Shown here in pieces: positions 43,501 through 57,037 of a stretch of DNA of 64,000 bases. The notes beneath the pieces are model-generated. The model saw nothing but the letters and a program-made list of their open reading frames with translations. It ran no database searches and was not told where the DNA came from. Position 1 is the stretch's first letter; the number at the start of each line of letters is the position of its first letter. The stretch is taken from NCBI GenBank assembly GCA_963783135.1, contig CAWAMH010000001.1:152839-216838 (forward strand), read 5' to 3'. Position numbers and translations under genes: made by a program. Origin of the DNA: an uncultured Chloroflexia bacterium. Its GTDB lineage: Bacteria > Chloroflexota > Limnocylindria > Limnocylindrales > CSP1-4.

Positions 43501-45966
43501 AGCCGCTCGGAACGCGAACGCGGCTCGGAACGCGACCGCGCAGACGACACCGGCTCGGAACGCGAACGCGGCTCGGAACGCGACCGCGTAGGCGACACCG
43601 GCTCGGAACGGGGGAGCGGGCACACGTTCGGACCGGGCGCGGGCCGGCCTCGACGGAGCGACGGCCCGCCTGGCACGATCGGCGGGCGGACGATCGACCC
43701 GGAGTCTGGCGTGCTCCTGCCGCCGGAGCGAAGGACGGATCGGCTCGGCCGGCCGCTCCACTGGGACACCGGCAGCCCAGGCGCCGCCAACCGGGCCGCG
43801 GAGCTGGGCCGGACCGGAGCCACGCCGCGGACCGACGCCGAGACACGGACCGACGCCGAGACCCGGACCCACGCCGCGCCGCGGACCGGAGCCGACGCCG
43901 AGACACGGACCCACGCCGAGTCGCGGTCCGACGCCGAGTCGCGGACCGGCGACCGCGTCCCCCGGTCGAGCGTCGCCCGGATCGAGCCCGACCTCCCGCC
44001 CCAGGCTCGTGGCGGGAGCCTCGTCGGGTTGTCGGACTGGGAGCGCTGGCTCGAGACTGTGCGCCCGGATGGACGGCTTCCCGCGCCACCTCAGCATCCA
44101 CAGCGGCGGGATGCTCATCACCGCCGCGCCGCTCATCGACATCGCCCCGCTCGAGCGGGCGACGATGAAGGACCGGGTCGTCGTCCAGTACGACAAGCGC
44201 GACGTCGAGACGATGAAGCTCATCAAGCTCGACCTGCTCGGCCTCGGGATGCTCGCCGCGATCGACGAGACCCTCCAGCGGATCGAGCGCGACTGCGCGA
44301 CCTGCGTCGATCTCGACCGGCTGCCCGAGGAGATCCCCGAGGTCTTCGAGATGCTCCAGGCGGCCGACACCGTGGGCGTCTTCCAGGTCGAGAGCCGGGC
44401 CCAGATGCAGACGCTCCCGAAGAGCCGGCCGGCCAGCCTCGACGACCTCGTCGTGGAGGTCGCGATCATCCGGCCCGGCCCGATCCAGGGCAACGCCGTC
44501 CACCCGTACCTGCGCCGGAAGCAGGGTCTCGAGCCGGTGACCTATCTCCATCCGAGCCTGGAGCCGGTCCTCCGCGACAGCCTCGGGGTGATCCTCTACC
44601 AGGAACAGGTCATGCGGGTGGCGATCGAGGTCGCCGGGTTCTCGGCGGCCGAGTCGGACGGCTTCCGCCGGGCGATGGGGACGTGGCGCTCGACCCGCGA
44701 GATGGAGAAGCTCCATCGCCGGTTCGTCGACGGCTGCCTGCGCCAGCCCGGCATGGACGAGCCGACCGCCGAGGAGCTCTTCCGCCAGGTCGCCGCGTTC
44801 GCCAGCTTCGGCTTCGCCAAGAGTCACGCGGCCGCGTTCGCCCGGACGGCCTACGAGTCGTCGTTCCTCAAGCTGTTCTACCCGGCCCAGTTCCTGGCCG
44901 GTCTGATCAATGCCCAGCCGATGGGCTTCTACCCGGTCGAGGTCCTCGTCAACGACGCCAAGCGCCACGGCGTCGCCGTCCTGCCGGTCGACGTCAACGC
45001 GAGCGCCTACCTGACGACGACCGAGTGGGTCGGCGTCGACCCCGAGCCACTGCCACCGGACGCGGGCATCGACCGGCGGCCCGAGCCCGTCCGGTCGCCC
45101 GCCTGCGTCATCCCGACGGCCGAGGCCCGCGGTCGCTGGGCGGCCGAGAGCGCGACCGGCTGGGGCGTCCGGCTCGGGCTCGGCCTGGTCAAGGGGATCG
45201 GCGAGGAGCACGCCGAGCGACTCGACGACGAGCTCGCCCGCGGGCCGTATCGGAGCCTGGCCGACGTCGTCGAGCGGACGGGCCTGCCCGAGGAGGTCAT
45301 CGAGCGACTCATCCGGGCCGGTGGGCTCGATGCGCTCGGACGCCCGCGGCGCGAGCTCCTGTGGCAGCTCCGCGAGGTCATGGGCGCGAGCGGCGGCCGG
45401 ATCGACGGCCGGACGACGAAGACCGCCGCACGAGCCTCGAAGCGAGCCGCCGGCCGGCCGATCGACCTGCGGCTGCCGGCGACCGCCGCGCACCGGAGCT
45501 GCCGCCGATCGGCGAGATCGAGCGTCTGGGCGATGCCTATGCGGTCATCTCGCTCGACGCCAGGCGCCAGGTCGTCGGGTTGTTCCGGGAGGCGCTCGGC
45601 CGGCTCGGCGCCGTCCCGAACTCGGCGCTCAACGAGCACGCACCGGGGCGGGTCCGGATCGGCGGTCTGGTCGTGACCCGGCAGCACCCGATGACCGCCA
45701 GGGGCACGGTCTTCCTGGCGCTCGAGGACGAGACCGGGATGGTCAACGTGACCCTCTGGCCGGACGCCTGGGCTCGTCTCCGCGGGAGTCGTCCGACGCC
45801 ACGCCCTGCTGCTCGTCGACGGGACGCTCCAGCGCGAAGGCGAGGTGGTCAACGTCATCGCCCGAGAGATCCGGCCGCTCCCCGAGGCGACCGCCGAGGT
45901 CGGCGGTCCGGCTCGGCCGCCCGGCGTCCGTCAGCTCGGCTGGGCCGGGATGCGCCGGATGGGCTA
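40571..45966 (+). CDS. dnaE2: Error-prone DNA polymerase DnaE2 (ImuC), with 8 or more frame shifts and a roughly 1.4-kb low-complexity insertion (42643-44056) as assembled
   Basis: PHP N-terminus (MSGRPSPPRPYAELHCHTNFSFLDGAS…LAVTDHQGLYGVVRF). Palm and fingers (…[25 protein letters not shown]…, …GFPRHLSIHSGGMLITAAPLIDIAPLE…, …FGFAKSHAAAFA…). C-terminal OB (…TVFLALEDETGMVNVTLWPDAW…). Ends at TAG 45964-45966. Confidence 0.8.
42643..44056 (+). repeat. Repeat-laden, lower-GC insertion inside dnaE2 with four distinct tandem arrays
   Basis: 15-nt x4 at about 42661-42740 (PAVPGA). 24-nt x2 at 43027-43074 (HAIEAATV), flanked by CGGTCCCGG/CCGGGACCG. 18-nt x about 7 at 43468-43610 (SERERG). 18-nt x about 6 at 43822-43948 (DAETRT). 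Four GATATC sites. Open in a single frame. Confidence 0.6.
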
Positions 45967-46546
45967 GCGGGCTCGAGCGCCGGCCGCGCCGGCCTTGGCG
46001 CCGCTCTGCCCGCGGGCGCCTGGCTGCGCCGTTCCCGCGACGGCTGCGGCTTCGCGCCCGAGTTCGGGTTGATCTGACGCAGGAACCGTCGATAGAAGCC
46101 CGCGAACGCACCGATGAGGATGCCCGACACCGGGCCGATGCTCAGCGCCCAGAGCACCCAGCTCTCGCGGATCCCGGCCGGCAGCGGGTCGACCGTGCCG
46201 GGCGGCGCCACCGACACCACGATCGAGAACGCGATGAACGAGGCGAGCCCGGTGATGAAGCCCGGCCATGTAGGACATCCGCGGGGCGAGGATGCCGGCC
46301 AGGAACGCCGACCCGATCGGCGGCGGCGCGACGAGCAGGCTGAAGGCGATGCCGGCGAGGGTCGCCGTAGCGCGACGAGGCGATCTCGATGACCGACCCC
46401 GCCGAGAGCAGGAACCACGTCGACGCGACGACGATGAGGCCGACCGGGACGACGACCGCCGGCGTCCGGGTGATCAGCCACGGGATCGCCCGGATGTCGT
46501 CCCGGAGGTGGATCGGCTTGTAGGCCTCGCGGAAGGCATTCGTCAC
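45855..46546 (-). CDS. Hypothetical 4-TM membrane protein, two frameshifts as assembled; 3' end uncertain (may end before 45966)
   Basis: Stitched minus-strand reading: VTNAFREAYKPIHLRDDIRAIPWLITRTPAVVVPVGLIVVASTWFLLSAGSVIEIASSRY/TLAGIAFSLLVAPPPIGSAFLAGILAPRMSYMAG/FITGLASFIAFSIVVSVAPPGTVDPLPAGIRESWVLWALSIGPVSGILIGAFAGFYRRFL. Confidence 0.35.
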
Positions 46547-46925
46547 GCTCGGTCGACTGGGGGCGCGGCCGACGCGGGACGGTCGGACGCCGCGACGTCC
46601 GAGCTGGGTCGACCGCTGTGCTTCGTCGGTCCGCGCTCTGGGCGGCGACTGCGGACGCTCTCGTTCGCCGGCGCGCCTCGGCGCGATCGGTCTTCTTGGC
46701 GCGGGCCACGGTCTCTCCTGGTCGGGGTGCGTCGATCGGGGCGGTCGCTCGGCGGCTCGTCGGCCCGGTGGAGCTCGTCGCGGCGCCGTCGGCCGCCATC
46801 GTAGACGAACGGTCGCGAACGGGGCGAGATGAGCCGCCGGTGGTCCCGAGTACGTCGGCGGTGAGCCGCACCTGCTACAACCGAGGCCGTCCGCCAGCCT
46901 GCACGTCCCCGCCGGGAGGTCGTCG

Positions 46926-49900
46926 ATGGCTCGCGTCCGGCGGGCGGCTGCCGCTGCCCTGGTCGTCCTCGTCGCGCTCGCCAGCATCTCGATCGGCGCA
47001 CCGTCCGATCGACGGCTGTCGATGGTCGCCGACCTCGAGCCGCGACCGCTCGTGGTCGGTCCCGTGGCCGGCCGCGCCAGCGATCGTCCTGGCCGAGGTC
47101 GTGACCGGCGGGGCGTCCGCGTCCGACGAGTACGTCGAGGTGACCAACGCGTCGGCCGCTCCGGTCGATCTGATCGGACTCGAGCTGGTCTACGTCACCT
47201 CGACCGGGTCGACGGTCACCCGCAAGGCGACCTGGGCGAGCTCGCGACCGCTCATGCCCGGGCAGCACCTCCTCGTCGCCAACGCGAGCGGCGCCTTCGC
47301 CGCCCAGGCCGACGCCACGTACACCGGCGGGTTCGCCGCGACCGGCGGCGCGCTCGCGATCCGGCCGATCGGTGGGACCGCGATCGACGCGATCGGCTGG
47401 GGCGACGCGACGAATGCCTTCGTCGAAGGGACGGTGGCTCCCGCGCCGCCCGCAGGATCGAGTCTCGAGCGCCGGCCGGGTGGCTCGGGCGGGAATGTCG
47501 ATCGACACGAACGACAACGCCGCCGACTGGATCGTCGTCGGGTCGCCCGATGCCGCAGGGTCTGTCGTCGCCGCCGACCCCCGTCCCGAGTCCGGGACCG
47601 AGCGCCGATCCATCGCCGAGCCCGAGCCCGGCCGCGACACCGACCGCGACGCCGACCGCCCACGCCCGACGCCCGACGCCGAGCCGACGCTCGACCGCGA
47701 CGCCGAGCCCGACCCCTCGCCGAGCCTGACCGCGACGGCGACGCCGACTCCGACGTCCAGTCCGACGCCAGCCCCTCGCCGACTCCCACACCGAGCCCGA
47801 CCCCGACCCCGACGCCGACCCCCACCGCCAGCCCGACCCCCAGCCCGACGCCGACCCCCACCCCGGTGACGTCGATCGCGGCGGCGCGCGTGCTGCCGGA
47901 CGGCGCCGCCGTCACCGTCGAGGGCGTCGTGACGTCGGACTCGGGTCGCTCGAGTCGGGGCGGTCCGGGTTCGTCCAGGACGCGACCGGTGGCATCGCGG
48001 TCTATCTCGACGCGCCGACCGCAGTCGTCATCGCGGCCGGCCGCCTCGTTCGCGTGGCAGGTACCCTCGACGACCGGTATGCACAACGGACGATCCGGAT
48101 CTCGCTCGACACGCTCGTCGACCTCGGACCGGGGACCCTGCCCGATCCGGTCGCGGTCCGGACGGGCGATGCCGGTGAGGCGCTGGAGGGTGAGCGCGTC
48201 GTGGCGATGGGCACGATCGTCGAGACGCCGACGGACTTCGCCGATGGCCTCGGACTCCTGATCGACGATGGCACCGGGGAGACTCCGGGCGATCGTGACC
48301 CCGGCTGCTCTCGGTGGCCTCGACCCACGTCGGGGCGACGTCGCGGTCGTCATCGGACCCGTCGGCCAGCGCGACGCGACGGGCACGGGCACATCGGGCT
48401 ATCGGTCGATCGCCGGCGGCGTCGGTGACCTCATCGTGACCCCCGCCCCGGAGCCGACGCCCACGCCGACGGCGACTCCGACACCGCCCACGCCCACGCC
48501 GACCCCAGCCGCGCCGACGCCGACCGCCACGCCGACGCCGAGCCCGGCAGTCCGTGGCCCAGCTCGCAGCCGAGCCCTGCGCCGTCATCGTCGCCGACCG
48601 CCGCTCCGACCAGCGCGCCCAGCCCGTCGCCCATACCCCCGCCCGCCGCCCCGCCGATCTCCGTCGCACGCGCCGCCGCCGTCGGGACCGCCGTGACCGT
48701 CGACGGCCGCGTCACGGCCGAGCCCGGTCGGATCAGCGGCGCCAGCCCTGATCGCCCTCGGCGACGGGTCGGGTGGGATCTTCGTCAAGCTGCCCGTCTG
48801 GCATCGCACCGCCGGCCCGGGGCGCCCAGCTCGCGGTGTCGGGGACGCTCGCCGATCCCTACGGCCAGCTGGAGATCCGTGCCCCGCTCGGCGGGATCGT
48901 CCCCGTCGATCTCGGAGTCGACTCCGACCCTGGCGTCGGTCGTGACCGTGGCCGACCTCGGCGAGATCGACCGAGGGACGGCTCGTGACCGTGACCGGGA
49001 CCGTCGACGGCACGCCGTCGCGGACGTCCACGGGGATCGCTGCCTGGCTCAAGGACGATGCCGGCGATCGCGCCCGGATCCTCGCGACCGCCGCGAGCGG
49101 CCTCGCCGCCGCCGATCTGCGCTCCGGCGCGCGCTATCGATTGACGGGGATCGTCGGTCAGCGCGCCTCGCACAAAGGTGCGCTGGACGGCTACCGCCTC
49201 TGGCTGCGCGACCGCGCCGATATCACCGTGATCTCGCTGCCGTCACCCTCCCCGAGCCCCACGCCGTCGCCGAGCGCCGGCACGACGGGACCGACGAGCG
49301 CGACGATCGCTCGGGCGATCGGTCTCCAGGGCCGGATCGTGTCGGTCGTCGGCATCTCGACGATCCAGGCGACCCTGCTCGACAGCTCGGGTCGCAGGAT
49401 CGTCATCCAGGATGCGACGGGCGGCGATCGAGGTCCGGCTACCGAACGGCATCTCGGCGCCATCGATCGGGCGGCGCCTGCGGGTCGTCGGCAAGGTCGG
49501 CCGGGCGTACGACGCGCCGCGGATCGTGGCCACGGTGGTCACCGACCTCGGTGCCGCGCCGGCGCCGACCCCACGGTCGCTCGGCGGGGCGCCGTCGGTC
49601 GCGGTCGAGTGGCGACTCGTCAGGGTGTCAGGCACGATCGTCGACATCCACAAGCTCGGCGATCGGTGGCGAGCCGAGCTCCGGGTCGGGAGCGCACGGG
49701 TCGTCATCAGCGGCCTCGCCGGCGCGCACATCCCAGCGACGAGCCTGATCGAGGGCCGCCGCGCGACGATCGTCGGGATCGCCCGCCGGCCGTATCCGGG
49801 TTCCGCCGATCGGCGCTTCGCGGTCGTCCCGCGCTCGTCGGCCGACGTCGCTGTGAGCTCATCGGGCTCGACCGGCGCGACGACAGGGGGCGAGCGGCAC

Positions 49901-50516
49901 GAACGGCGCCGGCACCGGAGCATCGGGCGGGGGCGCGGACCCCGGGCTGGCCGCCGAGGATCCGGCCGCGTCCGCGCCGCAACTGACGGAGCTGAGTGGC
50001 CTCACCGACCTCGCCGGACAGCGGGTCCGGGTCGGCGGTCTCGTCGTCGAGCTCAGCGCCGACGGGTTCACGCTCGATGACGGGACCGCGACGGGTCGGA
50101 TCGTCCTGACCGGCGAGGCGGCGGCCTACCTCGGCCTGATCGAGCCCGCCGACGCGCTCGAGGTCGCTGGCCGCGTCGAGGCCGACGAGACCGGTGCCCG
50201 AGTCGTCGTCGAGGCTGCGGCCGACGTCGTCCGGGTCGGCGAGCTCGGCGCCTCGCCGACCGCTTCCGGGCCGGTCCAGAGCCCGGGAGCGAGCAGCGCC
50301 CTGAGCGTGGCCGACGGCCAGGGATCGCCGCCCGCACGTGCCGCGGGTCTCGGCGGGCTGCCCGACCCGACGGTCGCCGGGGCAGGCTGGCTGGCCCTCG
50401 TCGTCGTGCTCTCGATCGTCGTCACCGTCGCCCGCCGCCTCCGCGCTCGACGTCTCCTGGCGGCCCGGATCGCCACCCGGCTGGCCGCCGTCGCCGGTCC
50501 CAGGACGGTCCCGTGA
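46926..50516 (+). CDS. Large cell-surface protein with a signal peptide, a lamin-tail domain (LTD), Pro/Thr-rich linkers, four OB-fold-like repeats and a C-terminal TM anchor; 6 or more frame shifts as assembled
   Basis: Signal peptide (MARVRRAAAAALVVLVALASISIGA). LTD (IVLAEVVTGGASASDEYVEVTNASAAPVDLIGLELVYV…GGALAIRPIGGTAIDAIGWGDA…MSIDTNDNAADWIVVGSP). PT linkers. Repeats of the …AVTVEGVVTSDSG…GFVQDATGGIAVYLD…, …RIVIQDATGG… type, as in ExeM/NucH nucleases but with no nuclease domain. C-terminus LPDPTVAGAGWLALVVVLSIVVTVARRLRARR. Confidence 0.55.
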
Positions 50517-50564
50517 GCGTGGGCCACGCTCAGCCGAACTTGACGCTCGCGAGAACGCACGACT

Positions 50565-51464
50565 ATGCTCGGCCGAGTTTCGCGCCAGCGAAGCGCTTCA
50601 GAGGAGCGAGGGACGGTCTTGCCGAACGCGGATCACCGCGTCGCACTCCCGATCGGGGAACGGCAGTACCACATCTCACTCGGCCCCGGCGAGTTGGCCG
50701 AGTACATCCTCCTCCCCGGTGACCCAGACCGGACCGCCAGGATCGCCGCTCGTCTCGACTCGATCGAGCTCGAACGGCGCAACCGGGAGTTCGTCACGGT
50801 CACCGGCACGTATCGCGGCGAACGGGTTTCCGTCGTGTCGACCGGGATCGGCACGGACAACGTCGAGATCGTGGTGGCCGAGATCCTGGCGATCACGGAA
50901 CGTCCGACCTTCATCCGGGTCGGTTCCTGCGGCACGCTCCAGCCGGAGATCGGCCTCGGGGACCTGATCATCTCGAGCGGCGCGGTCCGTCTCGAGGCGA
51001 CCACGAGCTTCTTCGTGCACGACGGGTATCCCGCGATCGCCGACTACGAGGCGATCGTGGCACTCGTCGAGGCCGCGGCGGCGCTCGGACACCGGGCTCA
51101 TGTCGGGGTCACGGCGACGGCGCCGGGGTTCTTCGGGGCGCAAGGGCGACCCATCCCGCAGCTCCCTATCCGCTACCCTGACCTGGCCGAGGAGATGGCG
51201 CGCCAGCGCGTCCTCAACTTCGAGATGGAGGCATCGGCGTTGCTCGTCCTGGCCCACCTGGCCGGAAGTCGAGCGGGGGTCGTCTGCGCGGTGTACGCGC
51301 AGCGGACCTCGGGCGACTTCATCGAAGGCGAGGCCAAGGACCGCGCGGAGGCGGCCTGCGTGGAGACCGGACTCGAGGGACTCCGGATCCTCGCGCTCAT
51401 GGAGCGCCAGAAGCGTGAAGCCCAGACGGACCGCTGGCGGCCGTCACTCTGGAACGGATCGTGA
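50565..51464 (+). CDS. PNP/UDP-family nucleoside phosphorylase (uridine or purine nucleoside phosphorylase-like)
   Basis: …YILLPGDPDRTARIAARL…TVTGTYRGERVSVVSTGIGTDNVEIVVAEI…IRVGSCGTL… family motifs. Confidence 0.75.
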   Translation: MLGRVSRQRSASEERGTVLPNADHRVALPIGERQYHISLGPGELAEYILLPGDPDRTARIAARLDSIELERRNREFVTVTGTYRGERVSVVSTGIGTDNVEIVVAEILAITERPTFIRVGSCGTLQPEIGLGDLIISSGAVRLEATTSFFVHDGYPAIADYEAIVALVEAAAALGHRAHVGVTATAPGFFGAQGRPIPQLPIRYPDLAEEMARQRVLNFEMEASALLVLAHLAGSRAGVVCAVYAQRTSGDFIEGEAKDRAEAACVETGLEGLRILALMERQKREAQTDRWRPSLWNGS

Positions 51465-51525
51465 GTAAGCGGATGCGGGGCGTTCGTCCCGTGACGCCAC
51501 GCTGAGACGAGGAGGTCACTCACCG

Positions 51526-51669
51526 ATGGCCCAGGCCTATTGCGTCAAGGACAAGATGAAGGTCGAAGTCCAGAACCCGCAGAACATCACGATGAAGAAC
51601 GGGAAGCCGGCCATCCAGGGCACGTGCCCGAAGTGTGGCGGCAAGGTCTTCCGGATCGGCGCTGGCTGA
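51526..51669 (+). CDS. 47-aa DUF5679-type small protein with a C-terminal CxxC (MAQAYCVKDKMKVEVQNPQNITMKNGKPAIQGTCPKCGGKVFRIGAG)
   Basis: Strong GAGGAGG SD 9 nt upstream. Below the ORF-track length cutoff. Conserved small actinobacterial protein found upstream of gap. Confidence 0.6.
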   Translation: MAQAYCVKDKMKVEVQNPQNITMKNGKPAIQGTCPKCGGKVFRIGAG

Positions 51670-51958
51670 TCCGTTCTCGAACCTGACGCAACGTCCGACC
51701 CCCGCCGGCGACGGCGGGGGTCGTCGATTCCCGGTGGCCCGGGTCGAGCGGGCCGGTCGCCATCGGACTGGGGGCCACCCGACCCGGCCAGGCTCGGTCC
51801 GATGGCCCGTGGCCGGATGACCTGTCGGCGTCGTACGATTGGCACGCCGGCAGCGACCGGCCGACGTCGGGTCCACGACCCGTCTCGGTCCGGCGGCCGC
51901 CCACTGCCCATCCACAGTCGAGCCCGCGTGAGCGGGACGCCCACGGGAGGAACACTCG

Positions 51959-52981
51959 ATGACCGTTCGGGTCGGGATCAACGGCTTCGGCCGGATCGGT
52001 CGCCAGTCGCTCAAGGCGCTCATCGAGCGCGCCCCCGAGGTCGAGGTCGTCGCCGTCAACGACCTGGTCGACACGGAGCTCAACGCGCTCCTCTTCAAGC
52101 ACGACTCGACGTACGGGGCGTACCCGGGCACGGTCGACCACACGGAGAACGCGCTGATCATCGACGGGCGCGAGATCAAGGTCCTCAAGGAGCGGGATCC
52201 GGCGGCCCTCCCCTGGGGCGCCCTCGGCGTCGACGTCGTCCTCGAGTCGACCGGCATCTTCACCGACGCCGACAAGGCGCGCGCCCACCTCACGGCCGGC
52301 GCGAAGAAGGTCCTGATCAGCGCCCCGGCCAAGGGTGAGGACATCACGATCGTCCTCGGGGTCAACGAGGAGCGCTACGACCCAGCGACGCACGACATCA
52401 TCAGCAACGCGAGCTGCACGACGAACTGCCTCGCCCCGGCAGCCAAGGTGGTCCACGAGGGCTGGACGATCGAGCGTGGACTGATGAACACGATCCACTC
52501 GTACACGAACGACCAGCGCATCCTCGATGTCGCCCACAAGGATCCGCGCCGGGCTCGAGCGGCCGGTCAGAACATCATCCCGACGACGACCGGCGCGGCC
52601 AAGGCGCTCGCCCTCGTCATCCCGGACCTGAAGGGCAAGTTCGACGGCTTCAGCCTGCGCGTCCCGACGCCGACCGTGAGCGTCGTGGACTTCACGGCCC
52701 AGCTCGCCCGGCCGGCGACGGTCGAGGAGATCAACGCGGCGTTCCGCGAGGCTGCCGCGGGACCGCTGAAGGGCATCCTCGGCGTGTCGGACGAGCCGCT
52801 CGTCTCGACCGACTTCCGGGGCGATACCCGGAGCTCGATCATCGACTCGGCCTCGACGATGGTCATCGGCGGGACGCTGGTCAAGGTCATCGCCTGGTAC
52901 GACAACGAGTGGGGCTACAGCTGCCGCGTCGCCGATCTCATCCGCTACGTCGCCGAGCGCATCCCCGCCGGCGTGGCCTGA
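51959..52981 (+). CDS. gap: Type I glyceraldehyde-3-phosphate dehydrogenase
   Basis: [15 protein letters not shown]…[10 protein letters not shown]…WYDNEWGYS. Confidence 0.95.
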   Translation: MTVRVGINGFGRIGRQSLKALIERAPEVEVVAVNDLVDTELNALLFKHDSTYGAYPGTVDHTENALIIDGREIKVLKERDPAALPWGALGVDVVLESTGIFTDADKARAHLTAGAKKVLISAPAKGEDITIVLGVNEERYDPATHDIISNASCTTNCLAPAAKVVHEGWTIERGLMNTIHSYTNDQRILDVAHKDPRRARAAGQNIIPTTTGAAKALALVIPDLKGKFDGFSLRVPTPTVSVVDFTAQLARPATVEEINAAFREAAAGPLKGILGVSDEPLVSTDFRGDTRSSIIDSASTMVIGGTLVKVIAWYDNEWGYSCRVADLIRYVAERIPAGVA

Positions 52982-56136
<3,155 letters not shown>

Positions 56137-56202
56137 ATCCGAACGCCCCGGCGGGCTGCCGGGGCGTCAGTCAGGGTCGGGACGGGTCGAGTCGAGCTCG
56201 GG

Positions 56203-56850
56203 TTACTTCGCCGCCGGCTTCTTCGCGGGCGTCTTCGCGCTGGCCTTGGCCGCAGGTGCCTTGGCCTTCGCCGTCGTGGTCTTCGTCGTGGTCGCCTTCG
56301 GCTTCGCCGGGGCCTTGGCCGGCTTGGCAGCGGGCTTCGCCGGCGTCGTCGCTTCGACCGTCTCCGCGGCGGCGCTCGCGCTCGCGGCGGCCTCCGCTCG
56401 GGCGGTCTTGCTCAGCGCAGCCCGGGCCTTGCCGGCGGCGGTCTGCGCGCCCTTGGCCTTGCCGGCCTTGCCGAGTGCGATCCGGGTCTTGGCCGCCTTC
56501 GCGGCAGCCGCCTTCCCGGTCGTCTTGGTGACCTTGCCGCCGGTCTGGACGCTGGCGCCACCGAGGGCCGCGTTGACCTTGCGGGTGAGCCGCGACTTGC
56601 GACGTGCTGCGGCATTCGGGTGGATCGCGCCGGCTTTGGCGGCCCGGTCAAGGGCGCTCAGCGCGGCAGCCAGAGCCTCGGTCGGATCGCCCTCGACCGT
56701 GCCCGCAGCGACGCGGACGGCCTTCGCCGTCAGGGTCTTCGCGGCGCTGCGGCGGGGCTGGTTGATCTCCGTGCGGCGCTCCGCGGTGCGGACCCGCTTC
56801 AGGGCGGACGGCGTCCTGGCGCCGGTCCAGCCTCGGGGCTTCGTGGCCAA
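56203..56850 (-). CDS. rpsT: 30S ribosomal protein S20 fused to an Ala/Lys-rich, histone H1/HU-tail-like C-terminal extension of about 120 aa
   Basis: TTG start with a GAGG SD. S20 core (…ALKRVRTAERRTEINQPRRSAAKT…AGAIHPNAAARRKSRLTRKVNAA), then …AKPAAKPAKAPAKPKATTTKTTTAKAKAPAAKASAKTPAKKPAAK. Confidence 0.7.
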   Translation of the reverse strand: MATKPRGWTGARTPSALKRVRTAERRTEINQPRRSAAKTLTAKAVRVAAGTVEGDPTEALAAALSALDRAAKAGAIHPNAAARRKSRLTRKVNAALGGASVQTGGKVTKTTGKAAAAKAAKTRIALGKAGKAKGAQTAAGKARAALSKTARAEAAASASAAAETVEATTPAKPAAKPAKAPAKPKATTTKTTTAKAKAPAAKASAKTPAKKPAAK

Positions 56851-57037
56851 GTCGGAACCTCATCGTGACGGAGAGTGGGGCGCGCGGGCGGATGGGGCCC
56901 GAGCGGGACGCCGATGGTAGCACGGGGCGACCGGCCGGGCCAGCACGCCTGACCGGAGACCCCGCCGGCTCCTGCGCGGGCCGGGCTGACGCGGGCGCGG
57001 TCGCCGGGCCGAGTGCCGCTCCGTCACACTGCGCGCC

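Noticed and set aside
43468-43948. CRISPR array
   Set aside because: The repeats are direct tandem 18-mers without unique spacers, they sit inside an open reading frame, and no cas genes are nearby.
42643-44056. Intein in DnaE2
   Set aside because: There is no Cys/Ser/Thr at the insert N-terminus, no penultimate His-Asn followed by a nucleophile at the C-junction, and no Hint or endonuclease blocks. The composition is disordered, low complexity and repetitive.
41701-46077. 1458-aa single open frame
   Set aside because: It is a composite of wrong-frame stretches of dnaE2, the in-frame insertion and the 3' region. The real DnaE2 path requires several frame changes and ends at TAG 45966.
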